Below are positions 1-8,263 of a stretch of 34,745 nt of DNA, piece by piece. Source of the DNA: Candidatus Caldarchaeum sp. (GTDB lineage Archaea > Thermoproteota > Nitrososphaeria_A > Caldarchaeales > Caldarchaeaceae); NCBI GenBank assembly GCA_038831915.1, contig JAWBKB010000015.1:1-34745 (forward strand). Reading direction: 5' to 3'. A model generated the notes under the pieces. It saw only the letters and a program-made list of their open reading frames with translations, did no database searches and had not been told where the DNA came from. The position numbers and the translations under genes were made by a program. Every line of letters begins with the position of its first letter. The stretch's first letter is position 1.

Positions 1-406
<406 letters not shown>

Positions 407-416
<10 letters not shown>

Positions 417-660
417 TCTGTGTTTGTTTGGGTTTGGAACCGTATTAGTGTTATCTGGGTGTTGGGGGTTGTTGCTGAGTATATTCGTTTGATGTTTTGG
501 AGAAGTTGCTCGGGTGTTTGGAATACTTCTTCACGGTAGTGTTTTTCCGCTACTTCCCGTATGGTTGGTGATCCCGCAAGAGGGAGTTGAAAAATGACTA
601 TTGTTCCGACCCCAACCACCGTTATGATTGGAGCCGTTATCCTGCAGAAGTGGAGGTGTC
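407..660 (-). pseudogene. Degraded ASCH-domain-like gene fragment
   Basis: TIREVAEKHYREEVFQTPEQLLQNIKRIY...TQITLIRF resembles the ASCH C-terminus (A..DGF.s.eeL...l..iY....vt.i.F). There is no intact N-terminus, and the stop codon lies inside the tRNA-Gly 5' end. Confidence 0.4.
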
Positions 661-710
661 AAAGGGCTGTTGTCGTCGACTCGAAGCCATGATTCCGCGT
701 AGTCTTTTCT

Positions 711-850
711 GCAGATTTTCAGGTAGGGGCATGATTTGTCGCATTCAGGTGGAAGACCTGGGTCAAGCTTCTCAGCCACGACCCGCAGCAAAAAGCACCC
801 CTTCCTCTATCTATTCTGAAGCCTTCAGCAGCGGAGTCGATGTTCAGGCA
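711..850 (-). pseudogene. Remnant of the C-terminus of a Csa1/Cas4-like protein
   Basis: LLRVVAEKLDPGLPPECDKSCPYLKIC matches the DPG..xxCxxxCP(F/Y)xxxC Fe-S tail of type I-A Csa1/Cas4. An IEE fragment lies just upstream in another frame. No other cas genes or repeats are present in the window. Confidence 0.45.
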
Positions 851-1582
851 AGCAACGTGTATAGACGGTGACCAACACGATTAGAGCCGCGAATAAACGT
901 TTGAGCAGCGGGCTTGGCACGCGTGTGCTGGTTATTCTCGCGCCGACTAACGAGCCGACCGCACCTATTACCAGCAGCGTGGGCATGACCATGAAGTCCC
1001 ATTTCGCGGTCGTCAAATGCGGTATCAACGATGTGAAGGATGGAGGCGTTACGGCAAACGCGTTGATGCCTGCAGCACGTTTAGGCTCGTTTCCTAGAAC
1101 GATGAGCGTTGGCATCAGCAGGAATCCCGGCCCAACGCCGAGGAACCCGCTCAAAACAGAGATGGGAAAGGCGAGCGCAACCAACGTCATAAACTTCTCA
1201 CGCTGCACCATCGCCTCGGCCTTTCTAAACAGCCTGTACACAAGATAAAGCGCTGCGGCAAAATAAACATCCACGCATTTCTCTGCTCCACATACTGGAC
1301 GAGAAGAGCCCCAACAGGTGCTGAAACGGAAGTGACCGCTGCAAGCATTCCCGCCTTCCGCCAGTCCACCAGCCCGCTCCTAGCAAACCCCAACGTCAAC
1401 AGCATCGCTGTCACGCCGTTGAGCAGCAGGCTGAGAGGCTGAACCTCATGAACCAAGTCTGTGATGAAAAGTCCTAGGAAAGGAACCGCGGCGAACGCAA
1501 CACCTAGTCCCAGCATACCAGAAGCAAGAGCTAGAAAGAAAAGCCCAGACGAGAGAATCAACAAATCATCCATACACTTCAA
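825..1582 (-). pseudogene. Sulfite exporter TauE/SafE family membrane protein, split by a 1-nt frameshift near 1270
   Basis: N-half ORF 1187-1582 (ASGMLGLGVAF, VDWRKA) and C-half ORF 825-1274 (LSGFLGVGPGFLLMP, GARIT) are the two repeats of TauE. They join at TGG ATG (T)TT TAT. The C-terminus runs into non-TauE-like sequence. Confidence 0.75.
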
Positions 1583-1630
1583 GTATGTTGTACAACGATT
1601 TAACGCTATAACACATGCGGGGTTTAAATC

Positions 1631-2122
1631 GTGGTTTTGGCGAAGTTATGCGTGGAGCTTAAAGTCGTTGGATACGTTAAGGTTGACGTTGACGACGACT
1701 ACGTCAAATCTCACGCCGGCTCTTTGAAAGGACGTGTCGAGATACTTCCCGAGTATGAAGAGGCGCTCGACGGATTAGAAAAATACTCTCACATCTTCAT
1801 CATATCAATCTTCCACAAAACTCCTCCCGAGTACAGCAGCCTGCTGAAAGTAAGGCCGAGAAGGCTGCTAAGGCTTGGGTTGAAGGAGGAAGACCTGCCT
1901 ACTCTTGGAGTTTTTTCAACAGACTCGCCTGTGAGACCCAACCCTATCGGGCTCACTCTCGTCAGGCTCGTCCGCCGGGAGGGAAGGGTTCTACACGTCG
2001 AAGGACTCGACCTTTTCGACGGAACCCCGGTCATCGACATAAAACCTTACCGGCCTGACTACAGGGCCGAGAATTACAGCTACCCCGACTGGGTCAAGCT
2101 TGACGCAAGGTCTTCGATTTGA
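1631..2122 (+). CDS. trmO: tRNA t6A37 N6-methyltransferase TrmO/TsaA family
   Basis: Motifs L.GLE.YSHI, GVFSTDSPVRPNPIG and GLDLFDGTPVIDIKPY. The exact start is uncertain. Confidence 0.9.
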   Translation: MVLAKLCVELKVVGYVKVDVDDDYVKSHAGSLKGRVEILPEYEEALDGLEKYSHIFIISIFHKTPPEYSSLLKVRPRRLLRLGLKEEDLPTLGVFSTDSPVRPNPIGLTLVRLVRREGRVLHVEGLDLFDGTPVIDIKPYRPDYRAENYSYPDWVKLDARSSI

Positions 2123-2277
2123 GCAACGAAGACGAATACGTATGTCCTAAGTGCGGCTACAGGCTGACCATTCCGACGAAGCCCAGCGACTCAAAAGTCA
2201 GAAAAGTTTGGAGCCTCTACTGTCCACGATGCGGCCACAGCTGGTACGTCCAAAAACCTCTTGAAGACATCATTTAG
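2119..2277 (+). CDS. 52-aa CPxCG zinc-finger microprotein (not in ORF track)
   Basis: The TTG start overlaps the trmO stop (TTGA). Translation MSNEDEYVCPKCGYRLTIPTKPSDSKVRKVWSLYCPRCGHSWYVQKPLEDII has two CPxCG knuckles and fills the gap exactly. Confidence 0.8.
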   Translation: MSNEDEYVCPKCGYRLTIPTKPSDSKVRKVWSLYCPRCGHSWYVQKPLEDII

Positions 2278-2698
2278 AGAGTAGATAGACGGCGAAAACA
2301 GCCAACCCGATTCCAGCGATTTTACTCCACGTCAGAGATTCATTCAATAAGACAAGGCTGAGCAGAGTAGCTAATGCGAGCCCGAGACGTGAGACCGGAA
2401 TAACCACGCTTCCTTCACCCATCGACAGCCCCGACATCATCGCGACCAACGCAACCATAATCGTCAAACCAGACAACAAGGCATATGGCGCCGTTCCATG
2501 AAAGATGTCCGGCACGCGGCCGTAGAGAACCAAGCCAGCCAAAGGCACCAAGGCGAGCAAAACCAAAGTCTCGACAATCAAATAACCCACCGGGTTGGCG
2601 CCTGCAGCCGCACCCTTCTTCCTGAGAAAATCAGTCAACCCAAAGCAGACAAAAGCCACGACAGCGAAAACAAGCTCGAGCCGAAGCGAGAAAACCAT
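2270..2698 (-). CDS. EamA/DMT family small membrane transporter
   Basis: Five hydrophobic segments, GEGSVVIPV, LLNESLTWSKIAGIGL. Confidence 0.85.
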   Translation of the reverse strand: MVFSLRLELVFAVVAFVCFGLTDFLRKKGAAAGANPVGYLIVETLVLLALVPLAGLVLYGRVPDIFHGTAPYALLSGLTIMVALVAMMSGLSMGEGSVVIPVSRLGLALATLLSLVLLNESLTWSKIAGIGLAVFAVYLLSK

Positions 2699-2778
2699 GA
2701 CATATGCAAACAGTGCTTGTATAAAAACAGAACAACACCATGTTTTTAGCCCAGCGATGGGGAATAGCGTCGGAACGG

Positions 2779-3498
2779 ATGAGGGCGGTCTTACTACGGA
2801 TACGCGGCAAAGTCCAAAGAGTGGGATACAGAAGGTTCGTTCAGGAAACAGCTCAAGAACTGGAGTTGGCCGGTTACGTGAAAAATGAAAAAGATGGCTC
2901 AGTCACAGTTTTCATCCAAGGTGACGAAGAAAAAATAGCTGCCTTCATTCAAGCGCTTAAATCACCGCCGCCGCCCCCATTGGTGAAATCGGTCGAAGAA
3001 AAAACAATAAACCCAAAACCGAAAATCAAACATTTCCAAATCCGTTACGACAAGCTCGCCGACGAGCTGCAAGATGGGTTCGGAGCCATGCAGTCGATAT
3101 TCACAACGTATTGGAACGAATTTCGCGATTTCCGAGGAGAGTTTAGAGACTACCGAGGCGAATTTCGCGATTTCCGACAGGAGTTCCGTGACTTTCGTCA
3201 GGAGTTTCGTGATTATCGTGAAGAGTTTCGTGTATTCCGTGGAGAGTTTAATGATTTCCGTCAGGAGTTTCACGATTTCCGTCAAGAGTTTCGTGAATTC
3301 CGTAAGGATTTTGATGAGTTTGTGAAGCGGATGGATGCTTTCGTTGATAGGGTTACTAAGGTTTTGGAAGTTTTGACCGAGCAGTCGAAGCGTAGCATGG
3401 ATATTTTGGAGTTGGTTGCGCGTGATTCGAAGGAAACGCGTGAAATGCTTGTGGAGTCGATGAGGTTGTTGCGTGAAGTGGCGAGCAGGGTGGTTTAG
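2779..3498 (+). CDS. Acylphosphatase domain fused to a heptad-repeat coiled coil
   Basis: GKVQRVGYRR and GYVKNEKDGSV retain the catalytic Arg and Asn, followed by EFRDFRQ-type repeats. Start placed at ATG 2779 (the ORF track extends to 2740). Confidence 0.85.
   Translation: MRAVLLRIRGKVQRVGYRRFVQETAQELELAGYVKNEKDGSVTVFIQGDEEKIAAFIQALKSPPPPPLVKSVEEKTINPKPKIKHFQIRYDKLADELQDGFGAMQSIFTTYWNEFRDFRGEFRDYRGEFRDFRQEFRDFRQEFRDYREEFRVFRGEFNDFRQEFHDFRQEFREFRKDFDEFVKRMDAFVDRVTKVLEVLTEQSKRSMDILELVARDSKETREMLVESMRLLREVASRVV
3118..3327 (+). repeat. Coding 21-bp tandem repeat, about 10 degenerate copies (E-F-R-D-F-R-x)
   Basis: gaatttcgcgatttccgagga / gagtttagagactaccgaggc / gaatttcgcgatttccgacag / gagttccgtgactttcgtcag ..., contiguous with no spacers. 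Confidence 0.95.
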
Positions 3499-4715
3499 CC
3501 GAGTTTCTGTTGATGTCCGATGAACGGTATGAGTTTGCTGGCCGCGATGTATTTGTTAATGGGGATATCGAGTTTTTTCGAGACGTGTTCTATTGCTTCG
3601 TCGATTGTTTGAAATTTTTCACCTGGCCTCTTTAGTGCTTCTCTGATTATTTCCCTGAATCTCCAGACACCGAGCGGTATCCATCTAGGATGTATCTCGA
3701 AGAAAACGATGGCGCCGCCCTGCTCTTTTCGCTGATGGAGGTGACGTAGAATTGATAGGCGGACTGCGTAGTAGGCGCCACCTGTATTTTCCGCGTATGT
3801 TGTTCTTGGCTTGTGGATTTCATAGTCGCTGTATGGTGAGCTGTTTACGTGTTTCAGCCATCCTTCCAGAAGCTCGTACATCCATGGTGTGGGTGTGAGA
3901 ATTACATGTCCCACGTTTTCGACCGCTTGGTAGCTATGCACTCTATATTCTGAAATCACGCGGTGTCTTCGGACTTTTTCGTAGAGTTTTCTTGACAGAA
4001 TGTCATCTACCGCTGTGATGCTCCATTCAGTGGGCACGAGCTTTCTTTCCAGAGCTGTTCCGAGGAGACCCATGGAGAAAAGACGTGTGAGATAGTATTC
4101 GTCGAATCCTCCTTCATGCAGGGTTGTCAAAGCCTCTGTCGCCGAAAGGTCGGGGTCGTGTATTAACGAGTCGACTTTGCGCGGGACCGAAACGTTTCCG
4201 ACGAGATGCATGTTTTCAAGCTTCGCCGAAGGCCCGTATGGCGCTGTTCTCACTTTGAACGCTGGATTAAAGGAATAGCCTCCTGAGAAAACCGCTTCAA
4301 CATCGACAGGCTTGCTGGAAGCCGCCGACTCCTTCAGCAGGTCAACCATTTTATCGGTTGTTTTGACTGGTTTGACTGTTCTTCCGAATAAAAGAGAAAT
4401 ACGCAGCCGTAGAAGCTCGCTCACAGAGTGGTTTAACCAGTCTGCGGGTTTTTCGAGAAAATCGGGCGAAGTGTTTTCGACGAGTAAAATTGCTGGGCCG
4501 ACTACTACTTTTGGATAGCCTTTTTCACCCACCAGCAGGGTTGGAGGTGAAGGTCCTGAAACATTTTTTGACGAAAGCTTGTTGAAAACGGCTTCGGTGA
4601 AGAGGTTGCGGTAGTAGGGGCAGGTTGAGATTTTGCAGAATCTTGCGAAGCCGTGGCAGACTTTGCACGTTGTTTTTTCATATCTTTCGGAGGCTGCGTG
4701 AGCCCCGTTAATCAA
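3495..4715 (-). CDS. nreA: Nre family DNA repair protein
   Basis: N-terminal CxxCxG...CxxxxCP, GPSPPTLLVGEKGYPKV, RKLVPTEWSITAVDD, GGAYYAVR and IPLGVW. The TTG start at 4715 overlaps the upstream TGA. Confidence 0.9.
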   Translation of the reverse strand: MINGAHAASERYEKTTCKVCHGFARFCKISTCPYYRNLFTEAVFNKLSSKNVSGPSPPTLLVGEKGYPKVVVGPAILLVENTSPDFLEKPADWLNHSVSELLRLRISLLFGRTVKPVKTTDKMVDLLKESAASSKPVDVEAVFSGGYSFNPAFKVRTAPYGPSAKLENMHLVGNVSVPRKVDSLIHDPDLSATEALTTLHEGGFDEYYLTRLFSMGLLGTALERKLVPTEWSITAVDDILSRKLYEKVRRHRVISEYRVHSYQAVENVGHVILTPTPWMYELLEGWLKHVNSSPYSDYEIHKPRTTYAENTGGAYYAVRLSILRHLHQRKEQGGAIVFFEIHPRWIPLGVWRFREIIREALKRPGEKFQTIDEAIEHVSKKLDIPINKYIAASKLIPFIGHQQKLG

Positions 4716-6226
4716 CTGGTTCTTCCCTGTTTGGGAACGACCTCCACATTCAGACCGGCGTGTCGAGCAAGTTTTAAAACCTTGTTCTGGCATTTCTTGA
4801 AATATGTTCGCATTTCCTCGGGGTTGATTTCGATTACTACTTGGTCGCCTGATATAGTCAGGTCAAAGTCGGAAAGATGTTTCCCGACGATTCTTCGGAA
4901 CATTGCTGCTTCGTCATTTCTTGATTCATGCTGCTTCACGGGAACGAAGAAAACTCTTTCACCGAAAACATACAGTTCATATTCCGGCTCGTCGTTTAGA
5001 AAATCTTTCACAATCACGGTGGGCCGTGCAAGGTCTGCGCGCTTCAGCCCAGCAGGGACTTTGACCACGATTTCAAGCGTATGAATGCTCGCGACTTTTC
5101 CCTTGTCCATGAAGATTAAGGTGTCGACGATTGAGGGGAGGACGCCGATGTCGACTCTGTTTGCTATTCGATGTAGGGCGTCGATGGGGGTGCTTGCATG
5201 GATGACACCAATCATTCCGATGCCTGCGTAGCGGAGGTCGATGTACATTTCGAAGTCACGTGCTTCACGCATTTCGTCGAAAACTGTGTAGTCGGGCCTG
5301 CTCAACAACAATACGCTGTGGATTTCCCCGTCTTCTGCGGCGCTTTTCGAATACTGCGTGATGTCAGGCGGAAGGTTTAGGTCCCGTGGGCTTTCGACGG
5401 TTTTGACGACTTTACGCATGTTGCGATAATGCTCGGCTAAGGCTTGGGCGAAAGTTGATTTCCCCATGCCCGGCGGGCCTGCGATTAAAATTCCCTCAGC
5501 GCGTTTGTCAAGCCTTTCAAGAACCTTAGGTGGAAGACGGTAGTCTTCGAGCTTAACCCTTATCACGGGTTTCACTACCGTCATTTCCATACCGTCCGAA
5601 AGCGGCGGCCGGGTTATCACAATCCGAAACTGTCCCAGCTGCAGAATAGTCAATTCTGGTTTGTCGACTTCGACGAAAGCTTCCGTTCCAAACGCATCGT
5701 AAGCGCTCTTCATGATGTATGCGACAAGCGACTCAAGCTCGGTTCTCGTGATTGGTTTTTCACGTATGGATTCGAAGACCCATCGCCCTGGATGGCCTCT
5801 TTTGATACGTGGCTCAAGCCCTTCCTTGACGTGTAGACTCATAACGTCGCCCGCGAAAACTGATTCAATCTGTATCGGTGGCTCGGGAACCATGTAGCGG
5901 TATTTCACACCCATCGACTCGGCTACGCGAGCGACCAAAGGGTCGGATGTAAGAAGTGTTTCATGGTTTTTGCGGCAGTATTCGAGTACATCGTCGCGCC
6001 AGCCTTTCTCACCCGGCTCTCCGACAAACTCTACACGTGACTCCGCCAATGAAGTAAGTTTCCGCAATCCATCCAACGAAGCCAAATCACCTGCAAACGC
6101 CCTTTCCTGCAGATGCTTCAACAACGACCGATGAACCAAAACCCGTAGCCCAAACTCCACAGCATAATCTACGGCAACACTTAAACGCAGAGCAGACTCG
6201 TCAACAACAACGCTGGAAACGTTCAT
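4712..6226 (-). CDS. PIN-domain / P-loop ATPase / KH protein (PINA, Holliday-junction branch-migration ATPase family)
   Basis: Walker A GPPGMGKST, KTVESPRDL, RPDYTVFDEMR and GMIGVIHA, with an N-terminal PIN-like region (VVVD...LLTSD). Confidence 0.9.
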   Translation of the reverse strand: MNVSSVVVDESALRLSVAVDYAVEFGLRVLVHRSLLKHLQERAFAGDLASLDGLRKLTSLAESRVEFVGEPGEKGWRDDVLEYCRKNHETLLTSDPLVARVAESMGVKYRYMVPEPPIQIESVFAGDVMSLHVKEGLEPRIKRGHPGRWVFESIREKPITRTELESLVAYIMKSAYDAFGTEAFVEVDKPELTILQLGQFRIVITRPPLSDGMEMTVVKPVIRVKLEDYRLPPKVLERLDKRAEGILIAGPPGMGKSTFAQALAEHYRNMRKVVKTVESPRDLNLPPDITQYSKSAAEDGEIHSVLLLSRPDYTVFDEMREARDFEMYIDLRYAGIGMIGVIHASTPIDALHRIANRVDIGVLPSIVDTLIFMDKGKVASIHTLEIVVKVPAGLKRADLARPTVIVKDFLNDEPEYELYVFGERVFFVPVKQHESRNDEAAMFRRIVGKHLSDFDLTISGDQVVIEINPEEMRTYFKKCQNKVLKLARHAGLNVEVVPKQGRTS

Positions 6227-6313
6227 CCTACCCAGTATACCGAAAACAGTCCTACAAGCTGACTATTAACGCTAACCAATTCGTTCCACTGGATAGAAAA
6301 GGTGCATATGAGG

Positions 6314-6428
6314 TGCGGGGGGTGGGATTTGAACCCACGAACCCCTTCGGGACAGGGTCCTAAGCCCTGCGCCGCTGGTCCTGCACGGTTTGTGCCGAGC
6401 TTTTTTGACCAGGCTTGGCAACCCCCGC
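6314..6428 (-). tRNA. tRNA-Leu(TAG) with a 30-nt intron at position 21/22 (intron 6375-6404)
   Basis: GCGGGGG TT GCC AAGCCTGGTCAA [intron] C GGC G CAGGG CTTAGGA CCCTG, long variable arm, GTGGG TTCAAAT CCCAC CCCCCGC A. A BHB-type GGTC/GACC central helix flanks the intron. Confidence 0.93.
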
Positions 6429-6501
6429 ACAACGTATGAATGTTTTCGTCAAAATAAATCTATGCGGTTGGTGTTTTTATGCTAGTTGTTTTTGTGGTTG
6501 G

Positions 6502-6990
6502 TTGTTGAGGCGGAGGAGTCTTTCGTCTTCAGAGCTTGAAGCGTTGTTGCCGCGTCTTCGTTTGTTTCTAGGCGATGTTAACGTGAAAAAGCTACTGAAA
6601 CGAGGTGCTGAATGTATCGAGTCCACGGGTTTCCGAGTTGTGGCTTTGGCTGGTCAGCTTTTCGTGGTGGCAGGCGAGGACGTTGTGCCCGCCTTGGTCG
6701 ATGGCAATGCAGCGGTTTTTGAAAAGCTTCCGTCGGTTTGGGTAGACATGGGTGCTGTGCCGCACATCGCCGCTGGAGCTGATGTGATGAGGCCGGGCAT
6801 AGTCCGCATGGATGTTTTCGAAAACGGCGACACAGTTGTTGTCCGCGACGTTGTCCATTCCAAAGCCATCGCCGTTGGAAAAGCTTTGCTCAGCTCATCA
6901 GAAGCAGCGTCGATGGTCAAGGGAAAAGTCGTCAAGACAGTTCATTACATCGACGACGCCGCTTGGAAAGCCGCGAAAGAATTGTTGTGA
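6502..6990 (+). CDS. PUA-domain RNA-binding protein (MCT-1/Tma20-like)
   Basis: VWVDMGAVPHIAAGADVMRPGI, KAIAVG and KGKVVKTVHYIDD. The start is placed at TTG 6502 because the longer ORF overlaps the tRNA. Confidence 0.88.
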   Translation: MLRRRSLSSSELEALLPRLRLFLGDVNVKKLLKRGAECIESTGFRVVALAGQLFVVAGEDVVPALVDGNAAVFEKLPSVWVDMGAVPHIAAGADVMRPGIVRMDVFENGDTVVVRDVVHSKAIAVGKALLSSSEAASMVKGKVVKTVHYIDDAAWKAAKELL

Positions 6991-7030
6991 AAGAAAAAGC
7001 TATAAGAGTGGCAGCGTGATTTTCCGCTTA

Positions 7031-8098
7031 TTGATAAATGAAGAATCTGTGCTGAATGCGTTGCGTAAAGTAATAGACCCAGACCTGAAAATCGACATCG
7101 TTTCCTTGGGGATGATAAAGGATCTCAATGTAACCGACGGTAAGGTCAAATTCACTTTGGAGCTGACCACGCCTGCATGTCCATACAACAAAACGATTGA
7201 AGATTCTGCGCGTTCGGTTGTTGAATCTCTTCCCGGGGTCAGGTCGGTTGAAATGAAGGTGACGGCTCGTGTTTGGTCTGCGAGGCCCTCTGGTGATTGG
7301 TCGCCTAACGTGAAAAACGTCATCGCCGTGGCGAGCGGCAAAGGCGGTGTGGGTAAGACAACGTTCGCGCTAAACCTTGCCTGTAGCCTGGCACTGATGG
7401 GTGCGAAAGTAGGGTTGGTTGACGCAGACATCTACGGCCCAACTATCCCCAAAATTGTTAAGATAGTTCATCCGCCTGCTGCGAGGAATGATAAGAAAAT
7501 TGAGCCGGCGAGAATCATGCTGGGGATTAAAGTTATGTCGCTTGGGTTGTTTGTTGATGAAAGCACGGCTGTTATTTGGCGTGGGCCTTTGGTGGCCAGC
7601 GCTGTGAAACAGCTTTTGACCCAAGCCGAATGGGGTGAACTCGACTACCTCATAGTTGACCTTCCACCCGGCACGGGAGACGCGTCGCTCACATTAGCGC
7701 AAACCATGCCGTTGACAGGAGTGGTCATAGTAACTACTCCGCAGCAGGCCGCCACAGTAATAGCTGCGAAGGCGCTTCAGATGTTTAGAAGGCTTGGAAT
7801 ACCGATCATCGGAGTTGTCGAAAACATGAGCTACTATGTTTGTCCACACTGTAAGCATGAGTCGCGTGTTTTCGGAGAAAGCGTCGTTGACGAGATGGGT
7901 AGACAACTGGACGTCGATGTGCTAGGTAAGATTCCGCTTATGCCCGAAGTCTCTATGAAACATGACGCCGGGGTTCCGATTGTTTTAGCTGACCCTTCTT
8001 CGCCTGTGTCGAAAGCTTTCATGGATACCGCGAAGCAGGTGGCGGCTAAAGTTAGCATTCTGGCTCACGCAGGGAAAGCCAAGGCCGACGCTGTTTGA
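7031..8098 (+). CDS. mrp: Fe-S cluster carrier ATPase Mrp/ApbC/NBP35 with N-terminal DUF59
   Basis: VIDPDL...IVSLG...LTTPACP (DUF59), ASGKGGVGKT, DADIYGP, DLPPGTGD and ENMSYYVCPHC. Confidence 0.93.
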   Translation: MINEESVLNALRKVIDPDLKIDIVSLGMIKDLNVTDGKVKFTLELTTPACPYNKTIEDSARSVVESLPGVRSVEMKVTARVWSARPSGDWSPNVKNVIAVASGKGGVGKTTFALNLACSLALMGAKVGLVDADIYGPTIPKIVKIVHPPAARNDKKIEPARIMLGIKVMSLGLFVDESTAVIWRGPLVASAVKQLLTQAEWGELDYLIVDLPPGTGDASLTLAQTMPLTGVVIVTTPQQAATVIAAKALQMFRRLGIPIIGVVENMSYYVCPHCKHESRVFGESVVDEMGRQLDVDVLGKIPLMPEVSMKHDAGVPIVLADPSSPVSKAFMDTAKQVAAKVSILAHAGKAKADAV

Positions 8099-8256
8099 GT
8101 GAGACAACTGTTCAGGTTTGCCCGGTTTGCGGAAAAGCGTCGCTGGATTTGTACCTAGGCGGATACCTTGGAAAAATGTATTTCTGCAAGTCATGCGGCT
8201 ACATAGGCGCTTTGCTGGTCGAAATTGAGTTGAAAAATAAGAATGAAAAGACGTGA
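8095..8256 (+). CDS. 53-aa zinc-ribbon microprotein (not in ORF track)
   Basis: The TTG start overlaps the mrp stop (TTGA). Translation MSETTVQVCPVCGKASLDLYLGGYLGKMYFCKSCGYIGALLVEIELKNKNEKT has CPxCG and CxxCGY knuckles. Confidence 0.8.
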   Translation: MSETTVQVCPVCGKASLDLYLGGYLGKMYFCKSCGYIGALLVEIELKNKNEKT

Positions 8257-8263
8257 AAAAGTT

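Noticed and set aside
2962-3325. Alternative-frame ORFs 2962-3285 (-) and 3074-3325 (+)
   Set aside because: Shadows of the stop-poor tandem repeat.
3118-3327. Repeat array as a possible CRISPR
   Set aside because: Units are contiguous 21-mers with no spacers and vary mainly at synonymous positions, so this is a coding heptad repeat.
6223-6432. 69-aa ORF on the minus strand
   Set aside because: It spans the tRNA-Leu gene and has no protein features.
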